A stretch of DNA of 62,983 nt, the filler included, from Choristocarpus tenellus KU-1152 (Eukaryota > Protista > Phaeophyceae), in NCBI GenBank assembly GCA_964200185.2. It is 11 parts of 11 records of this genome, joined end to end, with 100 filler letters (N's around TTAATTAATTAA, not from the genome) between each part and the next. Parts side by side here need not be neighbours in the genome. Positions count along the whole stretch, not along the records: positions 8,271 to 16,275 come from CAXNAD020005279.1; positions 16,376 to 19,002 come from CAXNAD020026155.1; positions 19,103 to 25,065 come from CAXNAD020009302.1; positions 25,166 to 34,939 come from CAXNAD020003402.1; 7 more parts are not named here. One strand, written 5' to 3'. The notes under the pieces are model-generated. The model searched no databases, was not told the DNA's origin, and saw nothing but the letters and a program-made list of their open reading frames with translations. Shown piece by piece: positions 13,964 to 25,378 of this stretch. Every line of letters starts with the position of its first letter. The stretch's first letter is position 1. Position numbers and translations under genes: made by a program.

Positions 13964-14224
13964 TGGGAGACTATAGATAGAAGTGTGGTCCGGAAGGGGG
14001 GAACACGAAGATTGAGGTGACCGCTCGGGTAGAGTGCCGGATTTTGTGGAGTGATGGCCCACGGATTATGCCAGAAAGGTTCCCATCCTCTAATTTTTTC
14101 AAACATTGAGATAACACTGTTCTACCGGGCACATAGTCGTTCGACTGTCTGCCCCAGTGGAACAGTGGTAGTTCAATGTTTGACACCCCTTCCCATCCCA
14201 TTGCCATACTTGTTGACAACAGAG

Positions 14225-14483
14225 AAGTCTATGTATCTTAGAGGGTATAGCCGCGTCCATTTGGAGGTCAAAATCCAATATTGCGATTTTGATGTAATTT
14301 TGGCCATTGTGTTTGATAGGAAGTGTCAATATCCTTGGGCCGAACACACAATTTCATAAAATACACATTTTACCTACTTCAAAACATTTCGGAGTAGGAA
14401 AATGTCATCAAAAACCCCAGGGGAAGCCTAGCCCAAAATGGATAAACAGGGAAAAACTAGTACCCTCTAAGATACTTTCACTC
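14225..14483 (-). mobile_element. MITE family A, 259 bp, TSD AGAG
   Basis: TIR consensus GAGT(G/C)AAAGTATCTTAGAGGGTA; AGAG on both flanks. Confidence 0.9.
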
Positions 14484-14929
14484 AGAGACAAAGTATCCTA
14501 GAAGGGGTTAGAATTTGACCAATTTGATCGTAAAGGGTGTGTGACATGTTGTGCCCGACACCCGTTTTCCAAACACTACCTACCTGCCATCTAGGATCCT
14601 TCGACTTAAAATTCCTGCTGGTGAACGTGTAGTATCTCCCACACCATGTCAATGCTAAATAGAATACAAGGTAGCAGACGTGAATCTTGGCACCTTCGTC
14701 TAGGGCAGAGAGTGATATGCAATGAATTCATCAAGGGGTACAATATCCGTGCCATAAGTCTGTGTAGCGTTGTCCATAACTTTTGAAGATGATGAAGTTC
14801 GTTTCTGAAAGAAGATTTGGAATCCTTGACGAATTTCTGGTTAGGGTCAGCTCTTTTTATTATTATTACTCCCCATCCATCACAATTTTATCAGCCACCA
14901 GGCCTCCATGTCTACCTTCCGCGTGTTTT

Positions 14930-16275
14930 CAAGTTCACCAGACAACTGCCTCTTCCTTACCCCTGTGTGCTCTACACTGAAGTCATTACCCCCTTGTATC
15001 TAAGTACTTGATTGCACACCACAAAAAGGAGTTGCCAAGCCCTCTCAAGTGTGGTTTCATCATACTCCTCACAATGTTTCTTCATGACCTTCACCATCTC
15101 CTTGATGGACCCAAACCACTCCCCATCACCCGGTATTTCAAAGACCCGAAGAAGCACAGGTCCATGATATTGAGGTTAGGGGAGTTAGATGGCTGCGTGA
15201 CAAACCAAATTAACAACCCCTCAATCTTCCCTGCCCCTGACAAGATTTCTGAGTTGCCCTTGCCCTTGTGGGGGGTGGCACTGTCTTGCTGAACGACAAC
15301 GTGCTTCCCCTGCAACCAAGGCATATTGGTCTTGATTGCAGGCAGCAACTCCTCCGTGTACCACTTCCTGTACCACAAATGGTCTGAAGTACAGTCTGCT
15401 CATATACATGCCCCTTTTTATGGTTCTTGCTTGTCCTGTCTGCCGTTTTTGGTGCACACACGCGCCAAACACCAAGCCTTCCATCAAAGCTGTGAGCCGA
15501 ATCTGGGCGGGCATTGACTGCAATGGTCATGGTTTAGGGGATATGACTCTTGTGCTGTACATTAGGGGACCCTTGGAAGGTCGCTATTATCCTCATGCGG
15601 AAATACCCTAACCCTTTCCCCATTAGCCATTAAGCAAAACCAGGTTTCAGTCACATGGAGAGTGAAAGTATCTTAGAGGGTATGAATTTTGCCCTGTTTG
15701 TTCATTTTGGGGCTTGGCTTCCCATTTTTTTTTTTATGACATTTTCTTACTCCAAATTTTTCGGAGTAGGTAAAATGTGTACGTTATGAAAAGGTGTGTC
15801 CGCAGCAAGGATACTGACACTTCCTAACAAAGACGATACTCAAAATTACATCAAAGTGGCAACATTTGATTCTGGACCCCAAATGGACGGGACCCTACCC
15901 TTTAAGATACTTTGGCTCGGATCGCGTTCGCCATGGAGGCATACACACCACGTTTCCAGTCCACGTGATCGCAAACAAAGTCCATTCTCCATACCTTTTG
16001 CACTATTTAAGCTTGGGTTTGATCCAGCAGCGATTTAGCATGGCCCCCAATACCACCCAACCACCTGTTTATGGTGCTCATGCTATAATTCAGTCCCTTG
16101 GCGGCCATCAATGTTACTTGACGCACTATGGATTACCCATTATTGGAGTTGATACTATGGATTGCGGCCATCTTGGTCCGCATGAGCTCCGAAGGCCACC
16201 CACTACATGCCACCACCCCTCGGTCAAGTGTGTGGCCACGGGTGAGCTGATCGGTGACATCCTCCCAGAGCCCTT
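14930..16275 (-). mobile_element. Degenerate Tc1/mariner transposase (plant/oomycete DD39D-like group), interrupted by a MITE
   Basis: Minus-strand fragments: 'SMSTINRWL', 'WRMDFVCDH...MANAI[MITE]HVTETWF' (HVDEKWF motif), 'AVNARPDSAHSFDGRLGVWRV..K.ADRTSKN', 'VVVQQDSATPH...QPSNSPNLNIMDLCFFGSLK' (D-x40-D), 'LERAWQLLF..CNQVL'. Several frameshifts and stops. Confidence 0.85.
15660..15918 (+). mobile_element. MITE family A, 259 bp, 3-bp TSD GGA, inserted in the mariner fossil
   Basis: GAGTGAAAGTATCTTAGAGGGTA ... TACCCTTTAAGATACTTTGGCTC; GGA on both flanks. Confidence 0.9.
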
Positions 16276-17179
16276 NNNNNNNNNNNNNNNNNNNNNNNNN
16301 NNNNNNNNNNNNNNNNNNNTTAATTAATTAANNNNNNNNNNNNNNNNNNNNNNNNNNNNNNNNNNNNNNNNNNNNTATGCCCTCTGACATTTTGCAGATG
16401 TGTCAGGGGGGAAACCAATGAAAACTATACATACGTCGTTATTAGCCCTAAAGAAATAAAATATCATGTATCATAATAATGAACATCAGAACATTTCCAG
16501 CATCGATAATTGACCACCAAGTCACCCTGAAAACACCAGAAACCATTGCTAGCTCGTGACTCTGAACCTTACAGTTTGCAGGTTTGGTTGGTTCATCGCC
16601 ATGGTGTCTGGCATTGGTGTGTATGTTTTGCTTGGTGGAGTGGATCGCATCACAATATGTAGGACGTAAAACATGTCTAGAGGTTCTTAGTGGATAAGGC
16701 ACAACAGTAGAATAATTTGACTGCCCACATAGTGGTCGAGAAATCTCAACCAAGACCCTTCGCCTGGAATTTTTGATGCTGACATACTGACAATTTTAAT
16801 TTGGTTCAGGCATCAAGGACTCCAGAGGAAAGGAAGGACACAGTTACTTCAAAACAAAAGGACTGGGCAGAATGTGGCAACTATGTAGGCATCCATGTTG
16901 ACGTATGGTGCCAAAGCGCTCATCAGAGTTGTTGCAAAACAACTGGGAACCTCCCTAGAAGAGGAGGATAATATTTTCCACAAGGAACAGTTTTTGTGAA
17001 TCGTGAAGTCCAAACGGTTACATCATTATAATTGAAAAATACAGCATTAAAATAATAAATTTTGAGGAGTCGATTACTTCGTCATCTTCCAATTTCAACC
17101 AGAACGTACTCATGGGGCATATGGCTCACGACAAGACTCAATAAATAGTGGATGGAGCAATCGGTGAAGTGAAGATTGT

Positions 17180-17360
17180 TTCCTTCAAGCTATTAGCAGC
17201 AACATGCCTTGGAGGGAGTGGATATTGGAAGAAGCGGCCTTAATGGCTCAACCTATGGAGGCGGGAAAGGGCTGCATGCTATCCACACTTGGCCAAACTT
17301 GCCTTTCATGTTTTAACCATTTTTGCTTCTCAGGCAGACTCTGAGGTCTACATTATTTTT
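17180..17360 (+). mobile_element. hAT transposase C-terminal dimerisation-domain remnant
   Basis: 'LNLWRRERAACYPHLAKLAFHVLTIFASQADSE' matches the hAT pattern W...YP.LA.LA...L.I.AS.A.SE. Confidence 0.65.
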
Positions 17361-17926
17361 ATCTCGGGAGTATTAGAACAGCCCAAAGCAGTAACCTGCG
17401 ACAAAGTGGATACATGGCAACCTGACAAAGTGGATGACAAGAAGGCAGCAGTGTGTAGCACCAGATACATCTCAAAAGAGTTCAGATTCACATGCACTAC
17501 TTCCAAAATCTTAGAGTAGAATTGCAGCTGTATAATTGGTTCTACTATGGATCATTTCTTACTGCCTGTATATTCTATACTTTAGTGACATTAAAATTGT
17601 TGGTGAGTGTGTAACGACATGTGTACGTCCGTATGTAGTTGAACAAAAAACATGGCGGAACTCTCATGTCTTTTCAACCACGTGATCATTAGCCTCCAAA
17701 CATACACAGGTCAATGGTACATCTCAGATGGAGATAGTGCTCATGGTTGGGAGGGAAGAACACACAGGTCAGTGCATATGATGAAGGCAATTTCATTTGC
17801 GGCTCTGGTGTGGTCCCTCACCTGCTAGGCCACCATTTGTCTCACAGTCCTACACACACATCAATGGACATGATGTTTAGGTGCTGTAAGGAGCTCAGAT
17901 TGGAAACGTAAGCAGCTATCGTTGAT

Positions 17927-18376
17927 GAGCCAAACCAATTAAGAGGTGGGTAGGTTTTCACCCTTTTGCAATCTAAGCCCTCTCTCTTACCCTCTGCAAC
18001 GCATCCCATTTCATTGCTTTACGTGCACAATAGTATATATTTCTTTATCTGTACTTGTCACTGGGTGTATTATTTATCTTTTTTCCAACCAGTTTTTAAC
18101 CCCCCCCCCCTTTTTTTTTCTATTAATAAAAAACGCACAATTACTCAACCTACCACAAACTCTTTTTATAGATTATGCGAGCTTACTATTCATCCGAATG
18201 CCATTTTTTTTTATTATAAATTCTGTATGCAAAAACAAGAATCCCTCTTTCTACACACAACGTGACACTGCACCACAGTAAAGGCCATTTCTGCAATCAC
18301 ATAGAACGCCATCTTTTGGCCCTTTGTTGGGATCCTCAAAAATCCAACCCTGCCTACCTCTTAGTTGGTTTGACTT
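17927..18376 (+). mobile_element. MITE family E (with an internal insertion), TSD TGAT/CGAT
   Basis: GAGCCAAACCAATTAAGAGGTGGGTAGG ... CCTGCCTACCTCTTAGTTGGTTTGACTT. Homologous to 33282-33549 and to the partial copy at about 41890-42075. Confidence 0.8.
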
Positions 18377-21300
18377 CGATAACGATCTCCTACACGCTGT
18401 CCTACCCAGCAGTATAAATAATGCGTGTTTGACAAGCATCCCATTCAATAATCTGGAAAACTCCATCCAGCCCATGCGTGTGAGGTCATGTAGGGGTACA
18501 GCTCAACCCGAAGAAAAAAATGTACGACAATGCGAGCTGACACACAACAGAGAACGCCTTCTATCATATAACAAACAATAGACAGCCTCACCCACGGGCA
18601 TCAGGTAAAAAATAAAATAAATCTAAACATGTATCGCCCTCCCTATCCCTACTCTATATATATATTAACCCTATAACTCAAAATCTTACTGCAAGAAGTT
18701 GCCTCTGTGAGCACGAGAGCAAGGGCCAGGAGTAGGCCCCATCTACACATTTTCCGAGCCAGGGTCCCGGTCCCCTGAAAAAGTCTGCCTACCTTAACAG
18801 AAGACTGCAAATTTGGGGCTTACAACTAAGAGGGCATTGTACTCTCATCCTGAGACCCCATCGGTTACAATCCAAGTTGGGAACCGATTGCGGAGACATT
18901 CGACAAAGAGGGTAGGTGACTACCATTTCGACCCCCCCCCCCCCCCCCCCCCGCAAACCCAACCAAAAACAGAACAAATACAACTGTATCACACCACTAT
19001 CTNNNNNNNNNNNNNNNNNNNNNNNNNNNNNNNNNNNNNNNNNNNNTTAATTAATTAANNNNNNNNNNNNNNNNNNNNNNNNNNNNNNNNNNNNNNNNNN
19101 NNGGAAAAAAAAGGTGTGGACGGGGGGGGGGGGGAGGGGGGGGGGTGGGGGCGGGGGGGGAATGTTTTGGGGGGGATTGGAGGCAGTGGGTGTCTCTTTG
19201 AGACACGCAAGCAACCCCTCTTGCCTTCCTCCTCGTTTTGACTTGCTCGCCTCTATTGTACAACTGGAGGGCGGGTGGGAGGGAATTGTCTCTGCCAGAT
19301 GAACTGGACCCCTTTTGTGCAAAAGCATACGTTGCACACGAAGTGCAAGGGTATTGAGGACGATATTTTTTTCTGTTCTCTGGCTTGTTAAAACCCTCTA
19401 TTTTACCCCAGCTTTTTATTCATTTATTTTATTTTTATATATGTCTTCACGATAATGAATCGGTTTTTCCCTTTGGTGTAGATGATGACGGTGCATTTGT
19501 AGCACAGTATTCATCGTCATCCTCCTGCACAGAAAGAGGCATTGCGTCTTTTTTGTATGTGCATTTATTTTCATGCCTGTGTATGACATGATACAACCCA
19601 GCAGAGTGTGCAGTACTGCTGCCAATTTTACCGTACGTAGCTTGTCATGAGAGGGGGTTTTCGAGGTTCACCCTCTATTCTACGCACAATGAGATTCTGA
19701 TGCCTGGCTAAACTCAGTCCTTTGTAAAGCAAGCACTGGTAACTGCTGCTGTAGGCAACTGTTTTTAGCGACAGTAATTACAGGAGTTAGAAGAGAACGA
19801 TTGTCCACCATGATGTATCGCAAAATTGGTTCCAATTGGTTCCTTGCCTTGCATTTTTTTGCAGTGGGAATATGTTGTGAGACCTGGCTATCGAGTAGCC
19901 AGCACTTGTATGTCTCCATCGTTCTTGCTCCCTGTGTAATATGTAATATATAGCACGAATACTACAGATGAACCATTCATTATACGACGCGATTCCGGAG
20001 GCACTGAACTGTCTTGTGCTGAATACGAGTCCATGCGCCTGGCCGTCCTCTTCACCATATACTTTTGTGTGTGTGTCTTCGAGGGTATTTTTTTCTGACC
20101 ATGGTTGTTGAGAGTTTATAATGTTCACGCTTGTAACCATGGTATCGGGCGGAATTATGCATTCCTTTACATCTACGATATCTCCTTACTGCCCCAATCC
20201 AAAGTAGTCATCTCTCTGGTTCCTGGTGCAACTTATTTTCCTAACATATACTCCAGAGAATGATGTAGAAACTACTTTAAGTGTGTATAATAGTTTCAAC
20301 TACCTCAGGGACAGGCATCATTTTTGGTAACAAAGAAGTATAGTTTCCGAGCATAGTGCCCTCCAAACACAATGTACGAATGCTTTGTTAGCATCCTTTC
20401 CACCACGCAGGGGATTGTGGTTGGTGTATGTGTGCCTACTTGTACTGCTTACTAAGAGAACAGGTCTTGAGTTCGAGGGCTAGAGCACTCTTGCGAGCGC
20501 AAAAAAAACTCGCCGCGTATGTATAGTCCGCCAATTTTGAGATAAAGGAATGGCGGCAACAACAATCAATGCTTTTTACCTTACTCAGTAAAAAAAAGTG
20601 GCTCTCAACTAATGATTACGATACATTCTCGGTTCTATTGTCATTTAACAATCTTTTTTGCTAATGTTTGTGTTTGTCTATTATTGGTGGAGCATCGTAC
20701 AGCAAAAACCAAGAAGTGATCGGGAATCCATGTTCTGGCAGGCTAACAAGGGTGCAAAAGGGGGAACCGTTGCTTGGAATAGAAAGTAAGGCTTTCCTCC
20801 TTGCTTTGAGTGCTGAATCGAGTCTCTATGATCAGGTAGGAAAGTTCTTCGGGTTGAATTCAAATATACTATTATACTAGGTAATGCATATTTTAAAGGG
20901 AGTATGTTGATCCACTCTCAGTCTCGGCCTCACTCTTGCACTTGGAGAGCATAGTGGGTATCAAAGTACATACTCATAGTAGTAACCTATTTCGGAGCAG
21001 TAGCTTTGAGCATTCTGGATGATGCCTAGTGCAGGTAATTATCTACAATTAATTATATGCACACTCTAGTCCAACCCAAGTCAGGAGAGTAGTGCTCCTC
21101 CAGTCAATATATCCCATAAATATATACACCGTTCACAATGCATTATGTATGGTTAACCACGTCGCCGTCACTCAATCGCAATAGTAGGTCAGAGGGAGTA
21201 GGATGCATGTAAACGTCACTAGTACCACTACAAAACGGATTATTGAAACATAGTATTCGAAGCTCATAATAGCAGTACTATAAGTGATCGTTGGCGTAAA

Positions 21301-21580
21301 ATTAAACATTTGATCTAGATGACAGAGTATGCAGTGAGTATAATTATTGGTGTTATTGTAAAAGTATACTTTTTTACGGATTTGATTCTTACACCAACTG
21401 TCTTTGGGCGCACCCAAACAATGGGACATGGCGTATATATGTATATACTTGATTGAAGTGTATATACTTCGAAGCATAATCCAGGGGAATAATACATACA
21501 TATCAAGGATTACGTACATATGCCATGCCCCATTGCAAGAAACTGCAAGAAGCTGAAAAGCTGAGCAAGAACACAATCAA

Positions 21581-21755
21581 GACCCAAAGTATCTGTGGGG
21601 GGGGGGTTCTACACTGGGGTGTCCATTTGGGCCATAACCAGGAAAAGTGCACTTACAGTATCCATCCGACATACCCAACCAAATCACCCAAAAATCGTCA
21701 CATGAAAAAATTGGCCCCAAATCAGCCACCACCTCCCCCCCAGATACTTTGAGCT
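21581..21755 (+). mobile_element. MITE family B, TSD TCAA/TTAA
   Basis: Homologous to 4508-4690 with the same TIRs. Confidence 0.85.
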
Positions 21756-22401
21756 TTAAATCTCAACGCATGAAAAGGCGAGGATATTCTAGAGTAATAT
21801 ATACGCAAGAAAAGTATTCATGGCGCAGAAGGGACACTTGCAAAGAAAATTGAGAGGCATGGTGCCAAACTTGAAGGGGAGACAGGGGAAGATATGTACA
21901 CATGGAACGCATCTTATTTATTGGATCATCAATTGCTATCTTGTCACTAGAGCTTTCCTTTCATTCTGCTCAATGTTTTCATACGAACCAAGACCAGCAG
22001 GGAGCCTACCAATATTTTTGTTAGTATTGAACCCCTTCCCAACGAACAGTTGCCGTTTTTGAGAACCATAACCGAATTGAAATGAATGCATAGAGAGGCA
22101 AGGTAAACGAGACGTACCCAGGTTTTGGTCGTTTTGCACTTTTAGCCATGTTTTTCATCTTTTGCAATTCATCCTTATTCACTGTGGATGATGTTCTAAT
22201 ATTGACTGGAGAGCGTTCATTTCTCTATTGTTTTTTATGTTTCTTGTGACGGGCAGGTCCCTTTGGGACCTGATCTCAGTCCAGATACACATCCGCGCGC
22301 ACACACAAGTGCATTGCGCGCACATTTCTTTGTCATTGGTGACTTTCCCCCCAACACCAAACACAGGAAAGTTTGAGGACCCTCAGACCACTTACGGTTG
22401 A

Positions 22402-22586
22402 GACCCAGAGTATCTGGAGGGGAAGGGGGGTCTACACCAGGATGTCCTTTTGGGGAAAAATCAGGAAAAGTGCATTTACATTATCCATCCGACGTATGCT
22501 ACCAAATCACACAAAAATCGCGATAGAAAAAAATTGACTCCAAATGGACAGTCACCCCCCCCCCACCCCCCCAGATACTTTGAACC
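22402..22586 (+). mobile_element. MITE family B, TSD TTGA
   Basis: Homologous to 4508-4690; TTGA on both flanks. Confidence 0.85.
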
Positions 22587-24805
22587 TTGAACATTCACAA
22601 TGATGAGATATCACCCGTCAGATATGATACCTCATCAAAACTTTTCCTAAGATTTGATGACCGAGGAAGCTTTGGGTTTGCTGGAAGCACCCCACGTGAT
22701 ACAACTGGTGATTCTGAATACCCCCCACGAGTGATTGAACCCTGCCTCACGACAGTGGTACTCACTCCGACAGTCTAAAGGGGATTTCACCAAGTTAGAG
22801 GTCCATATCATGGCAACGTCAAACAAAAATGCGGTCGAAGACAAGTGCGAGTTTGAGAGGATGCAAAGGCAATATTCAACCTTCTCTAGACAAGATCTCG
22901 TCACCTCCACTAAATCCACCTGGCACATCCGCAATCCTTACGACTGATTTAATCGAAGGCATACCCTAGGAGACTCACAGAACCAAGAAAGGGAGGTGAC
23001 GGACAAACCAGGGTTCCTTTCCAATTTGTTACGCCATTGGGGTATCGGGTTGCGGTTCGGGGCGAAATTGGAGAGGAATATGAAGTCTTGATGGAGGTCA
23101 TAGAGGATAATGCCAGTCAGTACATACTCAGAAACTTGATACGTGATAGTCATCGTGATTTTGCACTAGCCGTCTCAATCCTGACAGCCACGTTCAACCT
23201 GGTTGAAGTTACTCATGGACAGATAAGTACAGCACGTCATTCTAGTTGCCATTTACGGTGAAAAGTTTTTCTGACAAAGACATCAAAGATATCAAATTTC
23301 TTGAGGTAGATAAAGGAGGGAGACAAGGCGTAACTGTGTCTAATTTAAGGGCAAATTTTTTCTTGGCCTTTCCCAGATCATGGTATCCTACCCAGTTGTG
23401 AACAAACCTGTGTTTCATAGGTTGTCACTCAAATAGGCTAACCAATGATGCACTTGAGCAAAAAATATCTCGGTCACGCTTTCCTAATATTCCATCGGTT
23501 TCCTTACCAGTAGCGAGCATTGTTGTTGCAAATTGCCACTTAGATAAGTAAAGAAAGACATGGACAACACCTGCCTACATCAGATCTTTGCGATTTTCTT
23601 AGGGATCCGACCCGGAAGTGTACAACCAACCAAGTTGTCACTCAAACCGACCACTTGATGATGCATTTGAACAAAACATTGTCTCAATCACATCTTTCTA
23701 ACAATTTTTTGGACTCCAACCCTGCAGTGAGAAAACCTACAATGGTTGATCACTCAAAATGGTCAAATTACAATCCACTGCCTCAGACTCATTTTGTTAA
23801 TGCAATAACATCCTCAGCAGTGAAGCATTCTTCCAAATTTATGAACACCCCCACGACTGATTGGACCCTGCCTCACAGCATTCTGCCGAATCCAGAATAG
23901 TTCCTAAACGTGTTCGTACATAAGCCGAATTTTGCACGTTTGTCGGCACCCTTAAAATGCAGCTCTTAAGTACCTCTCCTTTACTTTGTCTCAGAGAAGA
24001 GAGATCCAAGACTTGCACAACAAGGTACATTTTGTAAGGAAAAGACTCGCTACACAGCTCTCCTGGCCCCCCTGGTGCTTTCCTTCTTGCTGTCTTGAGA
24101 CTTGTCATGTATTAAGCCCGTTTTATCAATAACATCTGTTTCGTGTGTTTTAGTCGTAACTGTTATGGGTATAACATGACATTGAGTGTTACATTGCCCA
24201 ACGGTATGGAGTGGTTGCACTTTTCTACTATGTGTGTTCTAGTGTTTTTCCAAGTATTCGATTTGAACACAAGGAGCCAACGCCTCTCAAAGCATCCAGA
24301 AAACTATAAAACACTGGTTGCATCATATCTGAAAACATGAAACATCTGATGATATACAGAGTCGAAACTACGACTACACAGACACTGTGAAGGTGGTCCG
24401 AAGACTTCCTATTCGTTCATTTCTTACTAGAGTTCCACATTGTACCTGCTCTGGTCATTTTTCTTATTGCTAGCGCTGTGCTAGTATTGCGTAGTTCTGT
24501 GAGCTGTGAATTCGATAAATAATCGTTATCGGAATTACAACCAAAGAGAACGATTGGTATATATTTCTTATATAGTAGTACCAATAGCTTATGCGTCTGG
24601 GGTTGTCTCGTCATAACTTTTGATGTAGACATCGGATAAAAAATAAAAGCATATTGCGTGATGCCCGTCACAATGCCCTCCAGAGTAAGAACTTCATTTT
24701 TCTTTTTCGTCATTTTTTCAATTTTTGAAGAAAGACCGGTCATATTGGGGTTCGAACCACGGATTGTAGGTCACCAAGAGTGGCAACAGATACACGATTA
24801 CTTGA

Positions 24806-25065
24806 TTAAACTATAGAGTTATGGTAGGAAAAAGCCTCCCTACCATTTCTTCCTGTGTGTTCGCGAACCCACTCTTTGACCTCGGCAAGGATGTCCTCGT
24901 CGAGACCCAGAACGAAACGCCTTTCGTCTCGCCCTTGCTCCGAGACCTTGATATGACCCTTAGTTAGAAAGTCTCTCTCCCATTTACTCACAGTTTCCGA
25001 CCTGACCACCCCATATCCTGCTGCCATCTCGAGCGCTGTTTGACGGTCTTTCCCGTCGTTCATAC
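24806..25065 (-). mobile_element. Fragment resembling the N-terminal region of an IS630/Tc1-type DDE transposase
   Basis: 'TVSKWERDFLTKGHIKVSEQGRDERRFVLGLDEDILAEVKEWVREH' resembles the W.R.F...G.I..S.QG.H....L.DE.....WVRE segment of such transposases. Truncated by the linker. Confidence 0.45.
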
Positions 25066-25378
25066 NNNNNNNNNNNNNNNNNNNNNNNNNNNNNNNNNNN
25101 NNNNNNNNNTTAATTAATTAANNNNNNNNNNNNNNNNNNNNNNNNNNNNNNNNNNNNNNNNNNNNTGAAACCTTTAAGGGCTTCATGCTGCGTCCATGCC
25201 CCGTGTATTGTTAGAGGCGTATTTTTGTTTCTGAGAAATGCGATTATACTGATTTGTCAGCATGGAAAATTTAATGTAACCTTGGAGTGATCCCCGACAT
25301 TCGCCATGCTTTAATGCACACTCCCTTGGCCTTCCATGCGTCCCCCCTGTCCTATTTGCCCAATTATTGTGTGTATAG

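Noticed and set aside
15660-15680. P-element classification of the MITEs from CAAAG
   Set aside because: The conserved ends extend 4 bp outside CAAAG, and the TSDs are 3-4 bp rather than 7-8 bp.
24745-24815. tRNA gene (GGTTCGAACC B-box-like)
   Set aside because: No cloverleaf could be built; at most a decayed SINE fragment. The same applies to about 32860-32940.
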